This document shows positions 35,625 through 64,000 of a stretch of DNA of 64,000 nt, in pieces. The translations under genes and the position numbers were made by a program. The first letter of the stretch is position 1. The number at the start of each line of letters is the position of its first letter. Source of the DNA: Podarcis bocagei (Eukaryota); assembly GCA_964188305.1 (NCBI GenBank), contig OZ076886.1. One strand, written 5' to 3'. Below the pieces are notes generated by a model. The model searched no databases. It worked only from the letters and a program-made list of their open reading frames with translations, and was not told where the DNA came from.

Positions 35625-35655
<31 letters not shown>

Positions 35656-36974
35656 TGGGGTAGAGAGTGGCAGGAACTTTAGCTCTTTCTAAATCACCTT
35701 TCTGGGCGAAGTTCATGACACCATAGGCCAGAGTTTCCCATCGTGAGCATTTGTTGATAAGATCAGAGCAGCCCATGCCAGGAATAGGAAGGAATGTCTG
35801 CCAGCACCTCCTGTGTTGTGTGGGTGGGGTCTCTGCCTGCTCCCTAGGCTGTAGGATCTGGACCGTGAAATTGACCCCGATGGGGCTCTTACATAAGTTT
35901 CTGTCTGCGCTTGGAGACTAAGTGGCTGTCAGAGGCGCAGCATCGCCCACACGACAGACAGGAGTGCCTAGGGTGCTGTGCTCTCTGGGCTGTAATTTAT
36001 CCTGCCAACTCTACTCAGTGTGCCAATAGAGACACAGCTTTCTGCATTTGGGCACAGTTACATAGGGTGGGAGATAAGGACGGTGTGCGCCAACCATGCA
36101 TGCTGCCAGGAGTCCAAGGCCTGCCTAGGATTCGTATCAGTGAAGGTCGAAAGTCAGTCTCCCTGGACTCTTCATGACGATGGTACAGCCAGCCCCCTTG
36201 GCTATGGGCTGGCCCTATGGTGCTTACCTGCAACATTTGAGTCCACATCTGAGTCCACAAACATGCTACACTGGAAGTTCTGCCATGGGGACATTGTCCA
36301 CCATCCCACATAGTCTTGGAACTGAGTCGGCGGGAGACAGGTCATGATCAAGTATGTCGTTGCTCGTCTTGGAATTTGAGCATCACAGAACCTGAGGGCA
36401 ATTGCTCCCCTCTCTCCACTGTGGTAGTCACACCAGTCTCCCAGCCTCTTTGAAGGCAACAGCATTGTGGGCGCTCCCTTTCAGAGGACAGGCACGAGGC
36501 ATCTTTCTTGGGCTTCACTTTTGAGATACTTTGACAACTGGGAAGAACGTGCCATCCATGCCATGCGCCTGACCCGCCACCAGCCATATTTACCTTTGCA
36601 TCAAGTGCCTTTGTGCTCCGGCAATTTGCTTCAATTAGGCTCGTTATCTCAGTCAGAGGCACCCGGTGACGGCAGTGGCTTCCTTGCAGGGGGTGGGGAG
36701 AGACATCAGCTCAGTCTGTGCCCCTTGCTCACCACAGGCCTGTGAACAGATGGCTGAGGTGGTGGTTCTTGAGTCCATTCTCGGCTGCTCTTGGGTGTGA
36801 AGGTTGCAAGAGAGAGGAAAACAATAAACCAGGCAAATACTGCTGTTATGTTTCCAAAGACAACTTGCACTTCTGGTCACTGGGCTTGTATTCCATGTGC
36901 AGTGTGAGCTTATATGCAAGACAGCAACTTATTTATTTATTTCAACAATTTGTATGACACTTGTATGCCCCACC

Positions 36975-37276
36975 ATGTGCGAATCCCTTGCAGACAACTG
37001 CAGTGCTTGGAGACAGACTGGTCATGTATCCAAGCGGTCATTTCTCCTCTAGGTCACATCCTCTAGACTGCTGGGAGGAGCACAGAGAAAAGAAATGCCA
37101 TGGTGCATCTCCAACCGTTAAACCAGATTCCTTCATCTGCCCCAGCTGCAATAAAACATGTCTCTCCTATATCGGTCTCTACAGCCACAGCAGGCACTGT
37201 AACTTTCCAGCAGTTTGACTTTACGCCTGATAGTGCATTCTTCCATTCTCTCCCCAGACAGACGGATACCAGCAAC
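36975..37276 (+). mobile_element. RTE-clade LINE 3' fragment
   Basis: Encodes a C-terminal Cys/His finger FICPSCNKTCLSYIGLYSHSRHC typical of RTE ORF ends, followed by an RTE-like 3' end (cagacagacggataccagcaac). Confidence 0.65.
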
Positions 37277-40200
37277 TGTGTGCCGCTTCACCACAGCCTT
37301 CTCTAAGCAGTTGTACAGGGGACCCAATACTACAAGACTAAAAATGGGTTAAACCTTTAAAATCAGACTTCAATTAAAATGCTTGCTGGAATAAAAGAAA
37401 GCATTTGGTAAGCTCTGCGAGTTCAGCATGTCTGAATTTTCAAAACAGCCATCACTGCCATCGTTTGGAGCAGAAAGCATTTTTTCCCAGATTGCACAGA
37501 TTGCCCTACTTTGCGGGATTCTGCGTCTCTTCTCCTGTTGCATGTTAACATGGAGTGAAGGCTCGGATTAAATGGTCACTTGGGCCTGCTGTGCCTTTCA
37601 GATTCCTGAGTCCTAAACAGAATGCGTGGGTACCCTGTGGCCATTGATGTTGGCTCTGGGACATGTTTACAGTCTGTTGGGTCTTAAGCCAATCAGGCCC
37701 CAGGTGTGACTGCGGTCTGGCTGAGGGCGCAGAGGGCACTGGATTGTGTTCCTTCCCAAATGAGGGAAGGAAAAGCTCTACATCTCACGGCTTGGGAACG
37801 AGGTGTTGTTTTGAATTAAAACCAGTGGGAGATGAAATGAGGAAGGCGTTTGCTGGAGGGTCACAGGCATTATGAATGCCAAGCAAATAACTGGCTGTGT
37901 GCATGTACCCCACTGTCAAACTGAAGAGGGTGCGCATGCGTAGCAGCGAGCGGAGTGTTAATTTGGCATATGCTTCCCTGTTTGGGGGGACATTTTGGGA
38001 GGTGGTGCACTGGGGGAGAGACAGGGGGACTAATCCCATGAACAAGGGGATTGTCCTGTTCCTAAAACTAGCTCAGGGAGACTTAGAAGTCACATGCTGC
38101 CAAAGCACCTTAGGCGGAGGTACAAAGGAACTGGAGAGAGTGTGTGACATAACTATGCTCTCCTGTTTGCGCACGTAGCACGGGGGGGGGGACGGGGGAC
38201 GGGACACGACGACAAGTGCTATGTGTTTGTGAACAATGTTACACAATTTACGTTTCTTCTGTAACCCGTCCAGCAGGCATCCAAAGTGAGCACAATGGGT
38301 GCGTCATCATCCCACGTCAGGAAAAGGGCCATGCACTTTCTCAAGTGTGGTCCTCTGCAGAAGTGACGCCACTAGTGGATTATTGAGTGACATGACTGGG
38401 CAGGGCTGCAAAGCTGAGCAGTCAGTATGATTTCAGTGATCTAATATCACAGGTATGGGAAACCTGTGGCCCTCAAGATGTTTTTGGACTCTTAACTCCC
38501 ATCAGCTCTGGCTGGGATGGTCAATGATCAGGGAGGATCATGTAGTCCTGCAATATCTGGAGTGTCACAGGTTCCTTCCTAACAGAAAAGGATCTGGGAT
38601 GTGCTGCAAGTTCATTTTCAAGCTTACCTGCTCTCTCTTCTTCCTCAGTAGGATCTCTTTGTCCCATCTTCAAGTTTTGCCTGCTGTTGCTATCTCAAAT
38701 AATGCTTTGTGAATCAAATTACATGTCAATATGAATGCTTTTTTTCAGGCTTGTATAAGCATTCAAACTGTTTCCACAGATGTCTGTAAGAATCCACAAT
38801 GAGCAGTAACCTTGCCCCAGGCCCTTTCAGTTGGCATTCAGGCCTTATTCCAGGTCAGATAATGTGAACAGTATTTAATCTTAAAAATACGCCTTGGCAG
38901 CTTTAGGGGGACCTTTCTTAGATCAACCTGTTACAATTCTGCACTGCCTAACTTTCTTCCAGCTCATTCTATGTGTACATGTCTCCCTCCACCAGAAGTA
39001 AAGAGAACAAGGCCTTCACAATGAAAATGCTACTCCTGCCGATATTTTCCGTGTGATGACCACCTGTGATGGAGACCCCCTGAGCAGTCCTATTGGACTT
39101 AGCAGTTGGAGCAAGGGCTAAAAAAAATACTTGCTCAAGGCCAGACAATTGGTACGCAGCAGAAAATAATGAAAATTACGTTTCTGGTTTATAGTCGATT
39201 CCCATTCACAGGAAAGCTGCAGAGGCAGAAAGAAAGCAATCTGTCTAAGACCAGACAACAAGTCCATGGCTAGAAAGCATTCTGTGCCCACAGAGGGAAT
39301 CCACACCATAGTATACGGGCAGACCAGTGATGGGATGGAAGAGGAAGAAACCAGGCTGGAAGCAGGTAAGGAATGGAGAGAAATCTGCTCTCTGCCCCAC
39401 CGGACCACCTGCCTCCTGAAGCCTGCCACAGCTGAAGGTGATTGTTTCCTGCCAGTGCTTAGACTGGCTGCAAATGGGAATGGGCAGGAGGGAGGTAGCA
39501 GGAAGCTGATGGCCTCCGACTGCTGTGATGATTTCCTAACATGCCTGCACTGAAGACTTCTTCCATACTGCAGTTGGTGTCCTGCTATGACACATCACTA
39601 AGATGTGCACGCATGGAGTTATTATGTGGCTGTTCATGTTCAGAAGCCACATTTGTGCGTGCATGCACATGTGCATGTACATATGCTGCAAATATTTTTT
39701 TTAAAAAAATAAGCAACTTTTTTTGGGCAGCGTGGAATGCAGTGTTCTTAAAGAAGAACATACCAATGGTTGCTGCTTGGAGATTTTGGCATCAAAGGGT
39801 GCTAGTGAAGCACTTTTGTAAAGGGACTTGGGGACTGGATGGGACATCACACAGGGGTAGGAGTTGGCAATTACCTGTTTCTTGCAGTGGTTCTGATTTA
39901 AAGCTGCTGCGTGGCCTCCCTGGAAAGGTTAGTACTTCTGAAGGACAAGGCTGGTGCAGGACACCTGTTCCTGTCCATGCTGGTGAATGAAAGGCAGTCC
40001 AGCCTCAGCAAGGATAAACATCTCAGTGCATCAGGAGGCACCGTCTAAGTTGCCAGGACATACAGCACAATTTATTGGGTCCTTCAATCACCCGAACATT
40101 GGCACTGACAGGCAGACATACTCAGACACAGAAGAGGCCCTCAGAGCTTGTATTGCCCACACAAGTAGATTTACAGAGTCACCCAGCACAGAAGGCGCAA

Positions 40201-41172
40201 GCATGCCCACAGTGTGGATGCAATGGTACAGCCACGTACAAAGTCAGTGACCCAAGTGAGCCGTGTCACTTCCACGTAGATATATATACTGAATGGTAGT
40301 GCTGTTTTCCTTCCAAACTCTGCAGGCAATGCTTTCTGCACCGCCCCAAAATATCTCTTTAAGTAGTATGCCATCCCATGTGCCCAGAAGGCAAAGACAT
40401 CTCTGTTCCAGAGACTACATTTTCATATGTGCGAAAGTGGATCTGCAAAGTTTGTACTCAGAGAGCCCACTAAATTTGACCTTTTGCAAATGGGACACTT
40501 GGCATTGGACAATTATACATACATTTGCATGTTTTGCTGCACAATTTGTTTGGGGAAAATGAAAGAAACATATGATAGCCTCTAGATATATCCTAGCCTA
40601 TGACTGATTTAAAAAAAAATTGCACAGACCCTTTGTGTGTGTGTGTGTGTGCATTTTGCAAATAGTGCTTGTTCTCTGTAATTTATGAGGACTAGAAACT
40701 TGGTTGTTGGATTTTGGTTGTTGTGTTTTTTTTAAAAAAAGAGGAAATCGGAGATTCTTAAGGAGTCTGATCAGTGCTGATTCTGGCACAATCATAAATG
40801 TGCAGGCTTTCAAAGTTTCCTAACAATTGTACAGAATCTCCTCCCACTACAAATCTTGTTTGGCCTTGTCCCCTCTGTCAGAATGCCCTGTGGCTGGGCT
40901 GTCCCCTGGATCTCATGTCCTGGAGCATTCAGCATGCGGACAGGCAAGGCAGCTCGTCTTGCTGGGTCTCTCGTAAGCATGTCTCCAGCACGGAAAAGGA
41001 ATTTGCACCATCTAGTCAGCGCCGAGCTGCTTGGCAGAGGGCACACTTTCCAGTCATGTGTCCCACAGCCTCCTGGGCTGCCAGCTGCCCTCTTTGCTCT
41101 GCAGGACGGCTGCCTCAGGGGGCAAAGAGTGAGACAGGCCCCATAAGCCAGGGGCAGACGGGCAAGTCAGCT

Positions 41173-58385
<17,213 letters not shown>

Positions 58386-59111
58386 CCCTCTGCAGGGCTG
58401 CAAAGCCGCATTGGGATGTTCCCAGAGCTGCTGGCTGCCTACAGAACGTCCTGTGGCTGGTTTAGCAGAGCCCTGCGAAGGATAAGATAGAAGGAGAAAA
58501 GAGGAGCACTTAAGTCTTGCAAGTTTCTGACTGCCCTTCTGCAAACTCTAGGCTCCAGTACCCTGGTTCCAAGGTGAATGACGCACTCTGCAACTGGGTT
58601 TGTTGGGCTACATCCAGGAAGGCTGTCCAGTGCCAGGAAATTCTGGGCTGACAGGGACCTGCTAGGAGTGAATATGGCCACCGCAGCCTCCGCCCAGATC
58701 AGGTGCTTGGTGCTTGTTGGTGGTTTGACCCTGCGTCTGGTTGGTGTGGGGAACCTTCTGACCCTCACTGCAGCCAGGAGGAATTGAGGACGCCCAATCT
58801 AGGGGGCTGCTTCAGATGCCAGTCACTGTAACAGGAGCCTGTTTGGGGGTGGGGAGCTATTTCAGGGCTGGATTTGGGCGCAGGCCAAGTGCCCAGGGAG
58901 ACTTGATCCACTACAATGCAGCACAGGGGGGCTGCCCTTTTCTTGCTCGTCTCCTCAGAGCACCAGCATGCAGAGACTTCCCTGCCCCACAGGCAAGCTT
59001 GCCAAAGTCTGCAGCCGGTGCTGGGGAGCAGCAGGTAGCCCAAAACAACAGAGCATGAGAAAAGAATCCCAAAGCCTTTGCATAGCTAGGCTAGACAGTG
59101 GATCTCTTGTA

Positions 59112-59361
59112 CAGTCGTACTTTGGATCCCGAATGCCTTGGTACTGGGACGTTTTGGCTCCCGAACGCCACAAACCTGAAAGTGAGTGTTCCGGTTTGCA
59201 AAAGTTCTTTGGAACCCAAATGTCCGATGGGGATTCCGCGGCTTTGGATTGGCTGCAGGAGCTTCCTGCAGCCAACCAGAAGCTGTGCTTTGATTTCCGA
59301 ACATTTTGGAAGTCGAATGGTCTTCCGGAACAGATTCCGTTCGACTTCCAAGGTACGACTG
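59112..59361. mobile_element. Tc1/mariner MITE
   Basis: TA|CAGTCGTACTTTGGATCCCGAA ... TTCGACTTCCAAGGTACGACTG|TA. Confidence 0.85.
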
Positions 59362-60862
59362 TACTAGCAAAGGGAAACATGGGTGGGTGCCTTTGGGGAT
59401 AGGATGGGCCCTCTCACAGGGACACCTCTGTCTATGGTGTTGATTGGCAAAATAGTCTTGCCTTGTGGCCAGAGAACAGCAGTACTTTGGATTAGAAGGC
59501 AGGTGTGTGAGACAGAGAGAAAGAGAGAGGGAGACAGAGATGTGGGGAGTGGAGAAGATAGCAAAGAGTTATGGAAATAATGGTTGCATACACAGCATAC
59601 ATTTAAAACACATTCCCCTTCTCAAAAGAATCCTGGTAACTGTAGTTTGTTAAAGATGAGGGTAATTGTATCTCTGTAAGGGGTAGACGACAGTTCTCTG
59701 GATTTGGGATGTGTCTGTGAAATGTCTGTTGAATGTAGGCAGTACACTCAGCCAATGTATCTGGGATCCAGAAAACCAGGATTGTGCTGGTGGTTCTGAT
59801 GTTGTGCTGTCTGCAGGGATCCAGCAAAGGGCAGTGTAGCTGTGCTGTCTGTGGGGTGGTGCAGGCAGCGACAGAATGCCACACCGAGGTACCAGGGATC
59901 TGTGTGTGTGGTGTCTGCAGTAGGCAGTGCACGTGGGAAGGAGGGTAGGGCTGTTTGCGCCTTGTGTAGTGGGTGAGATGAGGCTTGCTGAAGAGGACAC
60001 ATGCCCCGATGCCTGGAGCCCTGATCTGCTCATGGACAGTGGCTTGTGCATTCCATCACCATGACACTTCCTGCGCTCCTGCCAGCAGGGACTCTTCTGA
60101 TACAGAGTCAACCTCTCCCCACCAGTCCGTGTCTAGGAAAACATTTCATGGGGGAGGGAACGAGGGGGAATGTGCCAGTAGTGTTGCCCCTGGTCTGTTT
60201 ACAGCTCCTGGCATAGCCCAGCTTAAGGCCAACCAGGCTGTTAATCATTAACGCCCTCCAGGGATCTCCTGGCTCCAGATGAACCCAGGGATGTTGTTGC
60301 CTCCTAACCCCACAGCCTTCATCCTATTGCCGACAAAGGCCCCCATGTGTTCAGAAGGCTGGACTCCTTGGCTGAGAGACTGTGCTCTGTGTCCTTGTGG
60401 ACGGCTGTTGGGCAATGCCCGCCGTGCTGGCAACCCATCCGGGATAAACTCAGATTCACACCAGAGCTAAATCCTTCAATCCCTCTCTAATCTGGTTAAA
60501 GGGCTCCTGAATGGGATCACAGTGCTCCGGACACAAACCAAGTATTCTTGCCGTGTGCCTTGGAACAGACGAGCCATGCCTTTGGCCCAGATGCGGCCGG
60601 AACTTTGCTGGGATTGCGAGAATGACCTTCCGGCTGTCCTGTGAAGCCAAAAATAAGCACTTGGCCTAAAAATGCCTGTTCTGCCCTAGAATGAAAGGCT
60701 CCTCGTGATCCACTAGGTCCATTCTTCAGCATGCGCTGAGCAAGAAACAATGGAAAGATCCTTGCATACGGAGGGCTTACTTTCCCAAGGGCTACTTCCC
60801 AGATTGCCAGTATTTACAGAATCTACACAGAACTCACAGGACCCTCACTGTTATGATATAGA

Positions 60863-61381
60863 TTCAGCTAGCTAGCCGTGTTGGTCTGACGCAGTCGATA
60901 TAAATAAAAAAATTTAAAAAATGTCCAGTAGCACCTTAGGTAAAGGTATAGGGACCCCTGACCATTAGGTCCAGTCGTGGCCGACTCTGGGGCTGCGGCG
61001 CTCATCTCACTTTATTGGCCGAGGGAGCTGGCATACAGCTTCTGGGTCATGTGGCCAGCATGACTAAGCCGCTTCTGGCGAACCAGAGCAGCGCACGGAA
61101 ACGCCGTTTACCTTCCTGCTGGAGCGGTACCTATTTATCTACTTGCACTTTGATGTGCTTTCGAACTGCTAGGTTGGCAGGAGCAGGGACTGTGCAATGG
61201 GAGCTCACCCCATCACTGAGATTCGAACCGCCGACCTTCCGATCGACAAGTCCTAGGCTCTGTGGTTTAACCCACACCAACTAAGTTTGTTTTGTGTGTG
61301 CATGCACACGAAAGCTTATACCCAGAACAAACTTAGTTGGTCTCTAAGGTGCTATTGGACAATTTTTAATTTTTTTTTATT
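60863..61381. mobile_element. Penelope-like inverted-repeat insertion containing a nested Sauria SINE (~60939-61276, - strand)
   Basis: Arms tgtccagtagcaccttag..accaactaagtttgtt and aacaaacttagttggtctctaaggtgctattggaca. 14-bp TSD TGTTATGATATAGA at 60849-60862 and 61382-61395. Confidence 0.75.
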
Positions 61382-63751
61382 TGTTATGATATAGAGAGGG
61401 ATAGAGAGATGGCAACATTAAAAAAAAAAAAAACCAGCGGTGGGGGAGCTTTGTGAGGCCATTGGCCAAATTCCCTTCTCAGCAAACTTCCATGGGGCCA
61501 CATTCCAGTGTTGGGCAAGGCCAGAGGCCAAAGAGGGCAGAGCAATGAATATAAACAATTCCTCTGTACAGTAGACTAGTGTCTAGTCACCTTCACACAC
61601 CCCTCTCTGTTCGCTGCCCAGACAACCAAGAGGCATTATCAAAGTGCAAGGACACATTCCAGCCAGGCAAAGCCACTCATGGAGGGTGCAAAGCAGAGCC
61701 GGTGAGGGTTGTGGCCTGGGGAGGATCCCAAGGGCCAAAGAGAGGGCCTGGGGGGCTGCATTTGGCCCCTGAGCTCCCCCACTCCTGGAATAGGTTGTGG
61801 CAATATACAGCTTCAGAATTATTTTTCAAAATGTGAAATTCCTTTGGCAGGAGTCAGGGCAGTGATGGCCTCAGCTGATTGTCAGAGCTTTTATAGTTCT
61901 GTTTGTGAGCCCCAACAATTAGCTGACTATTGGGCACAAATTGCAGAGCTCTCTGCATGGACATGTGGACAAAAAGAGGGGGTGAGGGTCATCTGGTGCC
62001 ATAGTGATGTTAGGTGATTGAGAGGTGGGGCTCTATTGTTGCGTCAAGTACATGTTGTTGAATACACCAGTTTGGGGTGGGAATTTTGCCTCTCCCCCAC
62101 AGTAGTTAAAAAAAACACAGGCGACCCAGTTCCTAGATCTTCTGTGTCATGTCTAGTTTTGTCCTGACAGTTGTAGTGCCTTTTGGACTATGAGGATAGT
62201 TCAAAAACCAACAAGGCCATTATAAAATCACAAACAGAAATGTGCTTCAACACAAACAAGTCTTTTCTTCCATATAAGCACCATTCGCTTACTTATTCTG
62301 GAGAATGCAGGCAACATTCCTTCTAAAGTTCCTCCACATTTCTCTGCACTGTCGGCTCATAGGCAGCCATTCTTACATTGTACATTGCAACGGCAGCACA
62401 AAACGTTCAGGCAGCACTACGGCCTTACCCAGTTTTCAGGTGGCATTCATGGACGTGGCTTGTGTGTGATCCTTGCCCCGTCTCCTGCCATTATATCTGG
62501 CTAACCTCCCATGCTCTCCTCTGTGCTACTCTGCTAGTGTTCTTGGGTGTAAATGGAAAACCTCGAAGTTTTATTGCTGCTTTCTCAATTTCATCAGTCC
62601 CATAAGGATTGCACCACGTGCAATTTCCAAGAAATAAGGCTGGAACTAGCAAAACACTGGTAATCTTGGAGTTAATAATAATAATAATAAAGTACATAAA
62701 AATTGGCGGTGGTTGTCTGAAAGCATTTGGAGAGCATACTGATTTGTAGCACTAAAAGAAGTTCTGGCATTTGGATACACCCCAGTTTTTAGATTCTCGA
62801 ACATGTGCTTTCAAGATTCTGCTCTAGATTCATTCTGCACTTCATTCTGGAAATGCATACTTTTGATGCTCCAAAAAGAGAATCCTGAGAGCCAAAGCTA
62901 GAGCTTGACTGGTCAGGAAGGAGCGAGTGGCGCATGTCCAATTTCCCCTATCTCTAAGGGACATTTTGAAACCTTTCAGAGCTTGTCAGAGGGACAATAA
63001 CCAGCACATAGTCTGGAGGGCTGCTCCCAGGACTATCCCTCTATCCCTCCTCCCCTCCTTGTGCGGTTATTTTTAGCCCTGGGAAATCATGTTTCCTTAG
63101 AGCAGTCCCTAATTGCTGCTTCTGTTTGGGAGCTGGGAAGCTCATTGATCAGGAAGCCAGCAGCGCCAGATGCTGCTTTCGCTCCTGGGCTGAGCTTTCT
63201 CCATATTTAGATAGTAGGACAGACAGATGCGTCTGTCATGATGAACCTTGCCTTGGTGGCAGCAGTGTGCAAAAGCTTTTGCTGGGGATGTGGGCAGCTC
63301 TTGTGATTCCAGATCACATTGGCCCAGGTCCCTTGCCTGGTGATGATCCCTACTGGAAAACTTCTCTACCTGGCAATATCCACCCCACCCCAATGCCACC
63401 CTGTGGAGCCAGGATTTATAAGAGAGAGTTCCCCACCTGCATGTTCCTTCCCCACCACTGGAACAAGCCCCCTTGTGTTGCCTCTCTCAGACTGTGCCCA
63501 GACTCCTGGCCTCAAAGTTGACAGGAAGAGACTCTTCAACTGGATTGCAAGTACCCCTGGTTGTTGACCCACGGCTCACTGCCCCAGGGAGCCGAAGCCC
63601 TCTGAAGTGGCTGTAGTTCACATAGGAATCACTTCCAAAAGACAGTGGGATGGCGGGGGTGAGGAACCAGTCCTACTCTTCTTCTCCCCAAAGGTGAAGG
63701 CGGACATTTCTCCTTATTTTAGTGTTTTAATATTGCTCTAAATAAATGAAC

Positions 63752-64000
63752 GGGACGCGGATGGTGCTGTGAGTTAAACCACAGACACTAGGACTTGCCG
63801 ATCAGAAGGTTGGGGGTTTGAATCCCCGCAACTGGGTGAGCTCCTGTTGCTCGTTCCCTGCTCCTGCCAACCTAGCAGTTCGAAAGCATGTCAAAGTGCA
63901 AGTAGATAAATAGGTACCGCTCCGGCGGGAAGGTAAATGGTGTTTCTGTGCACTGCTCTGGTTCGCCAGAAGTGGCTTAGTCATGCTGGCCACATGACCC
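63752..64000 (+). mobile_element. Sauria SINE (runs off the window end)
   Basis: gggacgcggatggtgctgtgagttaaaccacag...gcaagtagataaataggtaccgctccggcgggaaggtaa...gtcatgctggccacatgaccc, the reverse complement of the copies at 54322 and 60939. Confidence 0.9.

Noticed and set aside
35900-36750. Cluster of short GC-richer ORFs, a possible hidden gene or retroelement
   Set aside because: No coherent splice structure or recognisable protein motif, so no call could be supported.

Overview
Eukaryotic genomic DNA from a squamate reptile, probably a lacertid lizard (inferred from Sauria SINEs and the MITE, L2 and CR1 repeat content). The window holds the conserved amniote block P4HB (last six coding exons, +), PPP1R27 (+), MCRIP1/FAM195B (+) and GCGR (13 coding exons, -). 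All exons could be placed with GT-AG boundaries and consistent phases. Introns and intergenic DNA are rich in Tc1/mariner and hAT MITEs, SINEs and LINE fragments, and there is one 144-nt N gap. The standout is a 1,491-bp non-autonomous hAT (Charlie-type) element at 52346-53836, with TIRs and a perfect 8-bp TSD. It lies in a GCGR intron and carries a captured genomic piece of PACS1: probable 5'UTR, the entire first coding exon with an intact ORF, and the splice donor with downstream intron-like sequence. This is a Pack-TIR type gene-fragment capture. The element also contains an internal acceptor and poly(A) signal that could form a chimeric antisense mini-gene.
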